Shown: piece after piece, positions 1-22,580 of the stretch
How the letters are laid out: every line of letters starts with the position of its first letter
Numbering within the stretch: position 1 is the stretch's first letter
Assembly: GCF_009914755.1 (NCBI RefSeq)
Contig: NC_060927.1
From: the human T2T-CHM13v2.0 reference genome, Homo sapiens
DNA: 64,000 nt
Strand: one strand, 5' to 3'
Made by a program: the position numbers and the translations under genes
The notes under the pieces: generated by a model
Database searches by the model: none
The model's input: only the letters and a program-made list of their open reading frames with translations
What the model was told of the DNA's origin: nothing

Positions 1-99
1 TGGGGGACCCTTTGCACCCCAGCATCCCTCTTTACCTCTGCCTCTGCCTGCCTTCCTTTGGGGGATCACAAGAGCCAACTACTTCCCACATGCACTTCT

Positions 100-388
<289 letters not shown>

Positions 389-1203
389 AACTTCTTAGAG
401 GTGGATTTCTGTGAGTTGCACCTGTAGCCAGTCTTGACTGGATGTTTGCTTGATGAAGACCTGGCCTAGGTCTGTGCAGAATTGTTCTTACCTCCACCTG
501 ATGAGATTAAAAATGCAGTGCTCTGGACCATGATGAATCTTGAACTGATTTCTTCATTATGTGTTTCATAGTTGGAGTGAAATAAATAATTCCTCTTACA
601 GATAGAGTCTTAAATATCTTTAAGTTGTTAGGGTTTTCTTTTTTCTACTAAAAAATAATACAAGATGAGGCAAGATTGGTCATGGGTTAATTGCTGAAAT
701 TCAGTAATGGGTACGTGGAAGGGAACTATTACTATTTTTTCTGGTTTTGTTAATGTTTTAATTTTTCCAAAAAAAGTTTAGGGAAACACAAAACATGTTC
801 ATTGTATAATATTAGTAAAAACTAAATACAAAAAAGAAAATGCCAATCACCATCTTGAGGTAAGCACTTTTTATATTTGGGTGGATATTTTGGTGGCCTG
901 ATTATGTATTTGGTAGATTTGGTGAATTATTTGGAGTGCAATCTCTCTCTCTCCTTCTCTCTCAAATTGGCATAGTTATATATATATCCATGTTTTTTGA
1001 CCACTCTGGGGTTATATTATGTATTGAGAATCTGCTTTTTTGTTTAACAATATGTTATAAGCATCTTACCATATCAGAAAAAAATCCCTGATTAATCTTT
1101 TTTATAACTGCATTCTAGCTGTACCATAATTTATTTAATCAACCCTCTGTTTTGATTATAGTTTTTCCTTATTATAAATAATCCTATAGTGACGTCTTTG
1201 TAG

Positions 1204-2686
<1,483 letters not shown>

Positions 2687-3067
2687 TATCCCCATTGTAC
2701 TTTTAAGTGAAGGGGTGCTAAAAGGTGAAGTAACTGGCCTAAGGACATAAACTTTCAGGATCCCAGGTGCATTCCAAGCAGACAATTTCTAAAGCCCAGA
2801 TTTAACCATTAGATTATCAGCACAGATTCTTAACTGAGGAAGAGAAATTTTATCCCTAAGTTCCTTTCAGGCCAGACTGGTCCCCACCCAATTTTACAGG
2901 AGCACAAGTGTGACTGGAATCTTGTCCCTGCTATTTTATGCCACCACCCAGCCTCACCCTGTCACTGCTAACCTCTCCATAAGGCATGGATTTTTTAAGT
3001 CTAACTTCATGTGTTTTTCTTAAACTCATCTGAATGATGATTAGAAAAAAAAAAAAAAAAACTATGT

Positions 3068-3976
<909 letters not shown>

Positions 3977-4989
3977 TCAGGGATAGCCCATGGAAGACAA
4001 TGTTTGCAATGTTCCTCTCCTTCATCTGGTCAAAGTTGGATGCCCAGACTTTTCCCTCTTCAGCAGCACTGGAAATGACAGACACTCATCAATTGTATAT
4101 TGTGAATGGTTACTAATTGACAGCTTTTCCTGGGGTCTTCCTGTCCCAAGAAAAGAGTCCTGGCTGCACTTGAGCTATTATTGGTTAAAACAATGAAAGT
4201 GCTCACAATAACAATGAGGAAAAAGTTACTGAGCCCGGAAAGAATGTAATCTGCAAATAATCCCCAGGTCTTTTTGGAGCAAACCAAAAAAGGCAGATTT
4301 TAAAAGCACTTTCCTTCTTCTGTCCTCAAAGGTAGGAAAACATAATGAATCACCATGACTTAGTTGCAGGGCTGGCATTGAAATGGCCATGTCCATAGCC
4401 CTCACCGCAAGGAACAGCAGAGGAAGTGGACCCACTTATGATAAAAGAGTCCTTCATTTCAAATCTTTCCCGTTCCCAGGCATAACCTACACTTAGAATT
4501 CTGAAAGAGAACATGGTCATTAAAGAACAAGACAGCTATAGGCAGATTTCAATCTTATAATAACATTTTTTTTTTTTTACCAGAAAGGAGCACCCCACCT
4601 CATGAATCATCCAACCACTATTCTTTGTTTGGCTTTTTCTCAGCTCGTTTCCTTTGTTCTATCAATCGCCAATTTTTTTTTTCTGCTTGAGGAAAAACCT
4701 TGCTTTGAGTTAATCCCCTGTCTCTGATGCCAAAACCCGCCAGCAACACAACCCACATGAGGTAGGGTGTGTCTTCATCATCAGTATTGCAAAGGAGTGG
4801 TGGTTAACATGTCCCATGACAGCTGGAGCAGTAAGCTGGGGACAGAGCACCTGGACACCCTTGACCTTCTCCCCAGCATGAGGGGGCAGTCACACAGCTC
4901 CCTTGCCATGGGGTAGTCTGCCAATTCACTCATTTCTAGTTGAAGCTGAGAAGGCAATTGAGGAAGGGATGTTAAGATAACAGGGGAGA

Positions 4990-5324
<335 letters not shown>

Positions 5325-5919
5325 CTAGACAAACCAACTAAATTTTCTTTACCTATTTCTATTTATTCTAGTGGGCTGTTCAGACAGATCTTAATGGTTA
5401 TTCATTAAACATTATTATTTCTATCACTGTGTGCAATACTAGTCTTCAGCATCCCACATGAAAGGGCATTATGCCTGTTGATTATGGCTTGCTAATTCTT
5501 TTGTTAGGTGAGGCCTGCGGCTCTCAGGCTCAGAATCATTCCCAGGTTCTCCTCTTCATTCTTTTCTCTCCGTCTTTGCCATCATCACCATAGCATCATG
5601 TCAGTCCCTGCCCATTACTCTCTCCTCAGTGGTTTCATTAAAATTTCTCAATGTTCTTGAACATGGGTCAGCCATTTTTATATTTTCTGAAACTCCGAAA
5701 ACTTTGAGCAAGGAAAAAAGCATTTGAAACACCTCTCGGAGATACAGGTGACCCTCACAAACATTCTGTCCTCTGCAGTGAATTCTAAGCAGGTGACAAA
5801 AGTTTGACTTTAAGGAGTATATAAATTATAAGCTAAATTTCAAAAAGATAAGTAAATCATCTTCTTGTAAATGGTCACTGTCATTGATAAATGTACCAGG
5901 CTGAAAAGCAGTAGAGGGA

Positions 5920-6165
5920 AAAGGAAAGCATGTGAACTCCAGAATCAGACCTGCCTGGGTTCAAATCTCACTTCTTTTACTAGCTATAGGTCCATGGCCA
6001 AATTACCTAAGGTCCCTCCATCTGCAAAATGGAAGTGAGCAAGGTAGCCCACCTCACAGGATTGTTGTGATGATTAACAATATTTTTATAATTAATTTAA
6101 TAGTAAGAAATCAATTAAAGCATCGTATAAAATTGTCTGGCACATGGTAAGCCCACAGGAAGTGT
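5920..6165 (+). mobile_element. MIR
   Basis: CAGACCTGCCTGGGTTCAAATC...CATCTGCAAAATGG...CTGGCACATGGTAAG. Confidence 0.7.
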
Positions 6166-6724
6166 TGGGCTTATTTCCAGAGGATTCTAAGATGCCAGGA
6201 GGATGTGAATGGTTTGGCTAAAAAAAGTCAGTTTTGTTCATGGGCTTTTCCCAGAAGATGAGTTCATCCTCACCCCCTTACATTTTTATATTTGGTGCCA
6301 ACAAATCCTGGACATCTAGAGTTTGTGTTAAAAATTCTATCCTTATTCACAACAAACTTTAATTTTCAAAGTTTAGCCTAACATTATATCTAGGTTATAA
6401 AATTATATCTACACTCTAGGTTTCACTGGATGTGCTAAGACTCTTCCAGGTCAGTATTTCCAGGAATTTCCCTTTATTCTCCTGTGCCCCAGGCTTTGGA
6501 ATGGTCTCTACTGGTCAAAAAGTAAAATCATGATTTCCACTTTTACCCACAGACATATGCCAAGTTTAAGATTTTCGCTGGGTACTGAAACACTCACACA
6601 TACACGTACACACACACACACACACACACTCTTAAATTTGTATAATACTGGCCAATTCATAGAACACTTTCAAATATACTCTCCTTCAATCCTTGGAATA
6701 ACACTTTAAAATAAGAAGAGGAGG

Positions 6725-7033
6725 GACCAGGTGCAGTGGCTCATGCCTGTAATCCCAGAACTTTGGGAAGCCGAGGCAGGTGGATCACTTGAGGTCAGGA
6801 GTTCAAGACTAGCCTGGCCAACATATGGTGAAACCCCATCTCTACTAAAAATACAAAAAATATCTGGGCGTGGTGGCGGGCATCTATAATCCCAGCTACT
6901 CAGGATTCTGGGGCATGAGAATCACTTGAACTGGGAGGCAGAGGCTGCAATGAGTGGAGATCATGCCACCGCACTCCAGCCTGGGCAACAGAGCAAGCTT
7001 ATGTCTCAAAAAATAAATAAATAAAATAAAATA
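6725..7033 (+). mobile_element. AluS
   Basis: Full dimer; flanked by AAATAAG(A/C)AGAG(G/C)AGG duplication. Confidence 0.9.
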
Positions 7034-7039
7034 AGCAGA

Positions 7040-7600
7040 GCAGGTATTCTTACCTTAATTCCGTGTATATGGAACCCAACACTGAGACAAATTAAGTGAC
7101 TTAATCATTCACCCACCGTTCACCAATGATGCTATGAATTTTCACACCTCTGAGGCTGGGCCTGTACTCACTCTTCTGCCTACCATGCCTCTCCTCTTCT
7201 TCAGAGGTCAGCTCAAATGTCACATTCTCTGTGAAATGCCTTCCCACTTCAGCCCGTGAACTACTCTTGCTGCATAGACCTCCCACAGTCTAGTCTCCTA
7301 TTATAACATAGCTAGTCAGGGGTGCCCTGGACTCTAAGAGAGAAACACCCAGGTTTGAATGTCTAGTCCTCCCTTTGCTAACAGATGACCTTAGACAAGT
7401 TCCAACTCCATGCAGGCACTGTGCTTTCTTGAGTAAAATGAGGATATTTCTAACATTTATTGAGCATCAAAATATGTCAGGCACTTTACAAATTAGCTCA
7501 TTTATTCCTCCTCAGAGCCCTAGAAAGAGGTGTTATGCTCAGTTTTATAGATTTCTCAGGCATGGACAAGTTTTGACCTCAGGCTATCTGACTCTAACAG
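7040..7600. mobile_element. MIR and L2 fragments
   Basis: ACTGAGACAAATTAAGTGACTT; TCAGCTCAAATGTCACATTCTCTGTGAA; ACATTTATTGAGCA. Confidence 0.5.
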
Positions 7601-7909
7601 ATGGGAACTTCTTTCTAGATTATCCTCTGCCTTTTAAACTGGAATGATTATTTTGTGATCCTGGCCGCCCTGAGTTTAAATGCCCTGAGAGGCTTAAATG
7701 AGGTAAGTATGTTCAGCTTTGTGGCTCAGTAGTTGGGTAGATCTCCTTCTTTCTCTGCCCCATCACACAGTCTTATTGATTGTCAGCCACTAGAGTGGCC
7801 TATCAAAGCACAGACTCATAGGAGTCCTTGATATGCATCACAGATGTGCACCACAGAGATGCAATATTCAAGTCAACTCATGACTTACCTGGGAAAATGC
7901 TGGCCCTTT

Positions 7910-8435
7910 ATCTTTTTAAACACATACAGACACAAGAGTACACAACTACACGCATACTGAAAAATGCACAAAACATAAGGATTCAGCTTAAATAATTGTT
8001 GTAAAGTAGAAATACATCTGTGTAACTACCTCTCGGGTCAAGAAATAGCTCATCACCAGCACCCAGAAGCCACCTCACACTCCTTCCCAATCACAGCCTC
8101 TATCCTCTCTTCTATCAAGCGTAACCACTACCTTGAATTTTATGGAAATCACAGCTTTACTTTTCTTTATAGTTTACCACCTAATAGGCATCCCTAAACA
8201 CTTAGCATTATTGAACTTTTATATCGGTGGAGTCATACAACATGTGCTCTTCTGTGTCAGGCTTTTTCACCCAACATTGGGTTTGTGAGAGCCACCCATA
8301 TTCTGTGTGATGGTAGCTTGGTTTTTTCATTGCTGTATAGTATTCCACTGGACAAATACACCACAATTTATTTATCTGTTCTATTATTGCTAGGTATAGA
8401 GATTGTTCTAATCTGGGTTGCTATGAATAGCAGTG
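7910..8435 (-). mobile_element. Old L1 (L1M) 3' fragment
   Basis: GGAGTCATACAACATGTGCTCTTCTGTGTC...ATAGTATTCCACTG...CCACAATTTATTTATC L1M 3'-end motifs. Confidence 0.7.
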
Positions 8436-9776
8436 TTTTGAAGACCTCTAGTCTACTGAATCTAGTGGTCTTTCTCACTATTCTAGAGGTGCTTTCTAAC
8501 ACTCTACTGTCCAGAAGCAATGCTTCCCCTACACACACACACTACCCCACCCCCACCGCCTTGTCTGCTGTCCAGCTTGGAAATGTTAAAACATTACCGT
8601 ACAAGCTGGGAACCACAAGCTATTGAAGAAATTGGAGGTCAAAGATTTTCCGAAGACCTCCCTTCCTTTCTGCCTCAGATTTGACTTCTGATAACAATAG
8701 CGATAACAAAAACAGCAAAAAGAATACTTAAAAGTGTAATGAGAATTCTTATCCATTTACTCCAGGTCTGGTGCGTGGGAAATGGGGGAGAAGGTGCTGA
8801 GCTTACTGATATTGCCGGTAAGGCTGGGCCCAGGCTCTTAAAAGCCTCAAGCAGGGAAAGGGGTCCCACGTCTGCACAGGGGAGGTGACTAGAGAAGTGG
8901 CTGGCAGCACCCCCTGCTGTCTGCGCTTCTGCTTCTATGCAGGACCTGATCTATAGCCAGTTTTCAGATAATTTGGAGAGAAGGATGGTGAGGCCTGCAG
9001 CAAAGTGGCTTATTCTAACCACAGGCCCCCAAGCTGGCTGGGCTGGCCAGGCCATCAGCTTGCTTCATTGACCTGGCTCAGAGAAAGTGGGGCTGGGTGA
9101 GCTGAAGGTAGGGCCTCCTTTCCTGCTTATGCCAAAAGGTGCCTAAGTGAACTTTGCCCCAGTGGAGAGACTGTATCTGGCCTAATGGGCTTCTCACTAA
9201 ACATGCGGGTGTGAGTAGAGTAAGACTTCCCTGCAGGGTCCAAGCCAGTTTATGAGGCTCCCTCCTCAACCCAGGGCTTCCCAGCTCATCTGACACAGAA
9301 ACCATCCCAGAAACCAGCTGCTACAGTTTATCTTGAACTTCCATTGTTACAATGTGCTGGACTTAAATTTTTTCAAAAATAGGCCGTTGTCAGGAACACA
9401 ACTGGTACCGTGTTTCAGGAGGGCACTTTGGTAATAAGAATCAGAAGCCTGGAAAATGTCCTTTCCCTTTAACCCAGCAATGCCACTTCTAAGAAGCCAT
9501 CCTAAGGAAATAATCAGACAATAGACACAAGAATATGCACCACAGTATTGTTTATAATATGGAAAACCTGGAAACAACCCAGACGGCCACAATAAGGAAC
9601 CAGTTAAATAAATCTCTGTACTTCCTTATAGGAATGTTATTAAAGAATGTTTAATAGGCTGGAATGTTTACTCTACAATTTAAAAAAATTACAAAATGAT
9701 ATTTAATGATATGATTCCAAAGGAGCAAAGAGCCTGAAAGAATACATATCTTCATAGAAATATCTCTACAGATTAA

Positions 9777-10614
<838 letters not shown>

Positions 10615-11136
10615 TGACTCTTACAGCTGAAGAAAGAGGCTCAAAATGGTTAAATCTGAAACTCTATCACTATTTTCTGGAATGCAAAATGGATCATCAG
10701 CATAAAGGGTCGTGTCCTTGACTGACGCCCTAGATCACTTTGTACAGTCAGTTCTCGGTCCCACAGGAGATTAGATTTGGAAGAAATTGTCAAGATGATG
10801 GTTTTCAACTCCCTCACAGTCCAAGAGTTCCCTTTGCTCCATGCCCAGATGTGGCCCTGCAGCTGCTTCTTGCACATGCCCAGCGACAGGGTCCCTGCTT
10901 CAGTTCATGGAGCTGAAATCTGCCCATGTACAACTTGAATTCCCTCGCCCCAGTTTCTCTTCTGTGTCCAAGTCCTATGGGTGGATCCTGGCAAACCCAG
11001 CAGGGTATGTGCCATCACGATGAAGGAAAAAGGAGTTAGGCCAGAGGTTGGATCAAGGATCAGGGTTTAAAAAAAAAAAAAAAAGTATCAGGGTTGAAAA
11101 CCAGCTTCCAGATCTCAAACAGAAAATGAATCAGGT

Positions 11137-12513
<1,377 letters not shown>

Positions 12514-13269
12514 TGATAAGGAGAAGCAGGACGGGGAGGAGGAGGGAAGGGTTGAAGAGGAGGGAAGGGTTGAAGAGAAGAGAAATTGGGAAACGGCATT
12601 CTAGAATGGAAATGGAGGAGGATTTCCAGCAGTACTAAAGAAAGGCCTGATGGTGATTCCTTTTCCATCCAGTTAACCTTTCTTGATCAAGGTGCTTTGA
12701 ATCTTTTCCTTGCTAATTTGACTTGAATTAGCCATGAATTCCTATATAAAAGGAATTCAACATGTTTGCTAGTTAAAGTGAGGCAAGTAGCATGGTTCTG
12801 TGTGTCCACATTCAGCTGAGTACAGGTAGAAAAGCTCTGCCGCAGCTGTGGTTTTGCTAGGAGACACAGTCAAATGAGGCAGGGCCAAGGAATTGAGGGT
12901 GTACGAAGGAAGTAGAAAGTGGATGTTGAGGGCTGACGGGCAAGGAGGAGGGTGGGGCCGACACATGACTACAATTGCAGTATTAGAAGAAAGGAGCTGA
13001 AAATATAGCAGGCCAGGAGAGAAGGAGGATTGAATAGAGGTTATGGAGGAGGCAGAGCTATTGGTAATAACAATGTCTGACCATGGAGGGTGATAGTCAA
13101 GGTTGTGTACTGGTTCAAGCTAATTGCTATAACAAACAATCCCTCATTCTTAGTGGCTCAGCACATAAAGGTTTATTTCTTGTTCAAATCGCAACCCAAG
13201 GCTTGTTGGTGGGGTTGCTCAGGGTCAGCTCAGTCATTCAGGGTCCTGGGCTCTTTCCATGGTGGCTTG

Positions 13270-14742
<1,473 letters not shown>

Positions 14743-15421
14743 GGGCCTTATAACACTCCATTGCATCCTCTCCATCTGGCTAGCAAATAATGAGAGAGCA
14801 AGCAGAGGACTGCAAATCCCTTTGTCCAGAACTCAGTCATGAAGCCATTGTTACAAAGGAGAAGTGCATATGTAGCCTGCCCGGAAAGGAGAGGAAACAG
14901 ATTTGGTGAGCAATGAGCTGGCCTCCGGCACAGGTCCAGGGTAGAATGACAACATTGTTGGAGGTGAGGTGGTCAAGGCACTGGCAGGCGGGGCATTTGG
15001 AAAGACTGTTTGTGAAGTCACCAAGAATCTGAAGTGACAGGGAATGGAACTCTTCAAGGAATTCAGAGCAGTGACCCGAGTCTACAGTTGATTCAACAAA
15101 GCTGAATATTTAGTAAATATTCAGATGACAGCTTCAAAGCTGAAAGCTTTGAAGAAGAGAGGAATGGTGGTCTTGAAGCAGCAGTTGGGAGAAATGAGTA
15201 TACCTCCTTCACCTCCAGGCCAGTGGTCCAAGATGAGTAGGGGAGAGAAGAAAGGCCCCATTTGAAAGGGTGTCTGGGGAAGAAGTGTCCTTATGGAGAA
15301 TAGGTTTTAGTGCATGACCTTAACCAAGTTATTTAACCATTCTGTTTGAGGTTTCCTTGGTTTAAAATAGGGATAAGAATAACACTTATCTCATAAGGTT
15401 GTTGTATTAAATACTGAAATA

Positions 15422-15713
15422 CAGATGCTCCTCAACTTATGATGGGGTTACGTTCCAATAAACTCATGGTAAGGTGAAAATATCATAAGTCGAAAATGCA
15501 CTTAATACACCTAACATGCAGAACATTGTAACTTAGCCTAGCCTACCTTAAACGCAATCAACATTCTTACATTACCTGCAGCTGAGCAACACAGTTTATG
15601 GTGTGGCTGACAGGGACTGGCCCAGCTTGTCAAAAGAGTATCATACTGCTTTCTACTGAACGTATATCACTTTCATGCCATCTTAAAGGTGAACCATTGT
15701 CAGGGACCGTCTC
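15422..15713. mobile_element. Tigger-family MITE (MER47-like)
   Basis: TA-CAGATGCTCCTCAACTTATGATGGGGTTACG start and GGGACCGTCT-TA end. Confidence 0.75.
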
Positions 15714-15776
15714 TACCTGCAAAATATTTAGCATGTCGAAATGGCTATGTTAAATAATTTCCTGACATTGTACTAA

Positions 15777-16432
<656 letters not shown>

Positions 16433-17447
16433 TTCTCCTTTGTTTCTGTCTTCTTCCTTCGCGTATTAATTTTCCTTTGTGTGTGCCTTCAATCTGGCGT
16501 TGCTCTTGGATAAATGAAGCAATTTATTAGCTTTGCCCTTATTCTAGGACATGATGCACTGGCAAAATTCACTGGGTCCATGTAAATTTATGTTGCCACT
16601 CAGAAGAAAGTGGTCAGCTTGGATGTAATGTGAAACTGATGTAATCTTAGATAATAGTTTGAGAAAGAAACACACATTTCTTCCTATAAATAGAATACAA
16701 ATTTCATTTTCAAAAGGAAAAAGCTTTGTGTGTGAAGAGGGAAGTTCTGGAAGGAGGGTGTGGCTACTTTCCAGATTACAGTTGATACAATTGCACAGAC
16801 TTTTTCTATTGCCTAATAGAGACTTGTCTATGAATGGCAAAATGAGGAATGATCCATTCTTTTACACCATTTCCAGAACAGTGCCCTGAGAATCAACTGC
16901 TTCTGTTAACGCTGTCTGTGGTAAGATGTCTACGCAGAAAACCCTAGGAATAACAATTAAGTTAGTGCTCTGTATTACGGTTTGCTTTCCAGAAGTGACA
17001 CTCCACAAATCCCTCTCAAACCTCACACCAGAAACTCAAGAGCTCACCAGACCTTCCTCTGAAATATGACTGTGCCAGGGGCCTGATGCTGGGCAAAGGG
17101 TCGGGCTGGGGAAGGAGGCAGGTGATTCTTCTGTTCGCCATGGCTGGATAAAACCAGCACACCCCAGCCTCTCAGAAAGCTTCATCCTGTGCATAATTTG
17201 TAAAAATTGCTTAGTTACTTGGTCTTAGAGAGGGGAAATCTGATGCCTTGTGATGGAAATTTGGAGTTTCCATCCACGCCTGGCCTGCCGAGGAACTCTG
17301 CTGAGCAGTGGCTGCACCTGCCAGGTCTGCCTGTTAACCTCACCGGCGCTGCATGTCCGTATTTAAAAATTGGAACTGAATCTACAGCGCTCAAGGCATT
17401 TTCAGAACATGAAACATTTTTGATGTAATCATTTTTTAAAAGTTTCT

Positions 17448-18026
<579 letters not shown>

Positions 18027-18823
18027 TAAGGTCACATAGTCACACATAGTCATAGAAAGGCAGCAGAGGCTGGGTCATAAGGACCCTCTGATGTCACATC
18101 CTATGCTCTTGTACAACACCCATCCTCTCTTGTAATTAAAAACTAAACCAAACCAAAATGAAATTAAATACTGCTTCCTCATCTAGCTAATTTTGTCACA
18201 GAATCACTGTAACCAGTGATTTGGAGTAAATGGCACCTAGTTTCTCCACTGGGAGGCAGCCATAGCCACCAGTGGCTCCTGTGTTCTTCCAGATATATTC
18301 TGTGTGTAAAATTTTAGACGTGCACATCTAACGCAAATGCAAGCAAACTGCCCTGTAGGTGGTTTTTTTTCACTTTAGATTTTCTCAATGATTCTTCTGT
18401 ATTAGTTATCAATAACTTAGAAGAGGGGAGTGGATTTCTGAGCCTGATCCTTACAACTTAAATTCAAGAGCCTAGCCATCATTCCCTCCGCCTTATACTG
18501 AAAACACCTACAGTAGTTCTCTATTACTTACAACATCCCATCTAAATGTTTAGCCAGGAATTCAAAGGCATATATAACCTGGCCATAAAACACCGAAGTT
18601 TATATTCCTATAATCCTATATAAAACTCTGTCCTCTCCTGCTAGTGCTCCCTATCCCATGGGCTGGGTACCACCCTCCCAACCCCATCTTCATATAATAA
18701 ATTACCACCCAGTCCTCAAGGCCTTACTCCAACCCCATCTCTTTCAATGTAACTCCCAAGACCTCTACAGCTAGAAGGGCTTCCTTCCTCTTTAGAGTCT
18801 CAGTAGTGCTGATCGCTTGATAG

Positions 18824-19968
<1,145 letters not shown>

Positions 19969-20357
19969 CCAAATAGATTGTTAATCACTGAAGGTGTGCA
20001 ACTAGTTCTTTATCTGACCTACACAGTGTGTTGGCTTGAAGGGGCATGAGCTGGTGAAGCAGTTTGGCTGTTTAAGTGAACAATGATGATTTTGGGGTGA
20101 TTCTTTCTAAGAGCTAACATTGCCTGTGGCCCCCTGTTCTTTGGATTGCTACAAGAAGGGACAAATCAGATTTCTGTTGTACACAGTGATGTACTGTGCC
20201 GCTCTCAGGCAGACTGTGGCTGTCATCCTGCCTATCTGTCTTATGTTTTCTCCCCTTTTAATCATTTCTAGGGACTTACTGAGTCCAGTGACTTTGGTTC
20301 CTGTGCTTTTGTTTCCCCATGTGAAGAATTCTACTAGGATTAATAATTTCATTGGGG

Positions 20358-20624
<267 letters not shown>

Positions 20625-20654
20625 TCATTAGGGATATCGTAAGAAAGACTTTGA

Positions 20655-21660
<1,006 letters not shown>

Positions 21661-21949
21661 TGTATCAGGAGATTACAAGAGATTTATTTCTCCCTCGCTC
21701 CATCACCATCCCAGGTCAGCTGTCACTCTCCTTGTTATCTGCAGTCTGGTGTGCAGGCTGAAGAAACAGCCCTGTGTGGGACACTGCTGGTCTTCTGGTA
21801 GAAAGAAAAGAAAGATGATGGAATCACACTGTGATTCAGATTGTGGGCTGCACTTCCACTTACGTTTTATTGGCTAAAGTAAGTCACATGGTAAAGTCTT
21901 GTATCAGTGGGGGTAATTTTCCCACAGGGTTGGGCAGTAGGATTATTTA

Positions 21950-22580
21950 GAAGTCAGTGACAAGGAGGACAAAGCATCTCAAACACTGAGAAATAACAAA
22001 ATTGTTTATCAGGAAGAAAATTATAATGTTAAATCCAGATGTTAAAAAGCAAGAAAGATTGAAAATGAGTGAACTTAGCTTTCAACTCTAGAAACTAGAA
22101 AATAACAAATAAACCAGAGAAGGTAGAAGGAAGGAATTAATAAAGATAAAACAGATAATATGAAATAGAAAACCCAACACAATAATTTGATGTTTTAACA
22201 AGCTCAAAACATAGAAAGCCTTTGGCAAGTATGAACTAGGAAAAAAAACAAAGAAAGAAAGAAAGAAAGAAAAAAGACACTATAACATCAGAGAGGAAAA
22301 CAGAATGCAGAGATTTCAAATTTTTTAAGTGCTATGTGCAGCTTTATTCCAATGAATTTGAAAATCCAGACCATGGAGAATGGCTTTCTAAAGAAATATA
22401 AATTACCAAAATTGACTCAAGGAACAGAAAGCCTGAACTTATCAATAGTAATATAAGAAATAGTCAAAGATCTACCTTCAAAAAAGAAAACAAGTCCACA
22501 TGGTCCATAAGGCAAGGTTCTACCAAGAGTTCAAGGAGGAGATAAACCCCACATAATGTGAAAGATGGAGAGTTTACCAA
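21950..22580 (+). mobile_element. Degenerate L1 ORF2 fragment
   Basis: GAAGGAAGGAATTAATAAAGATAAAACAGA, AATGAATTTGAAAATCCAGA and AAATATAAATTACCAAAATTGACTCAAG resemble L1 ORF2. Confidence 0.7.

Noticed and set aside
12539-12577. Two copies of GAGGGAAGGGTTGAAGAG
   Set aside because: Simple slippage duplication in purine-rich DNA with no functional sign.
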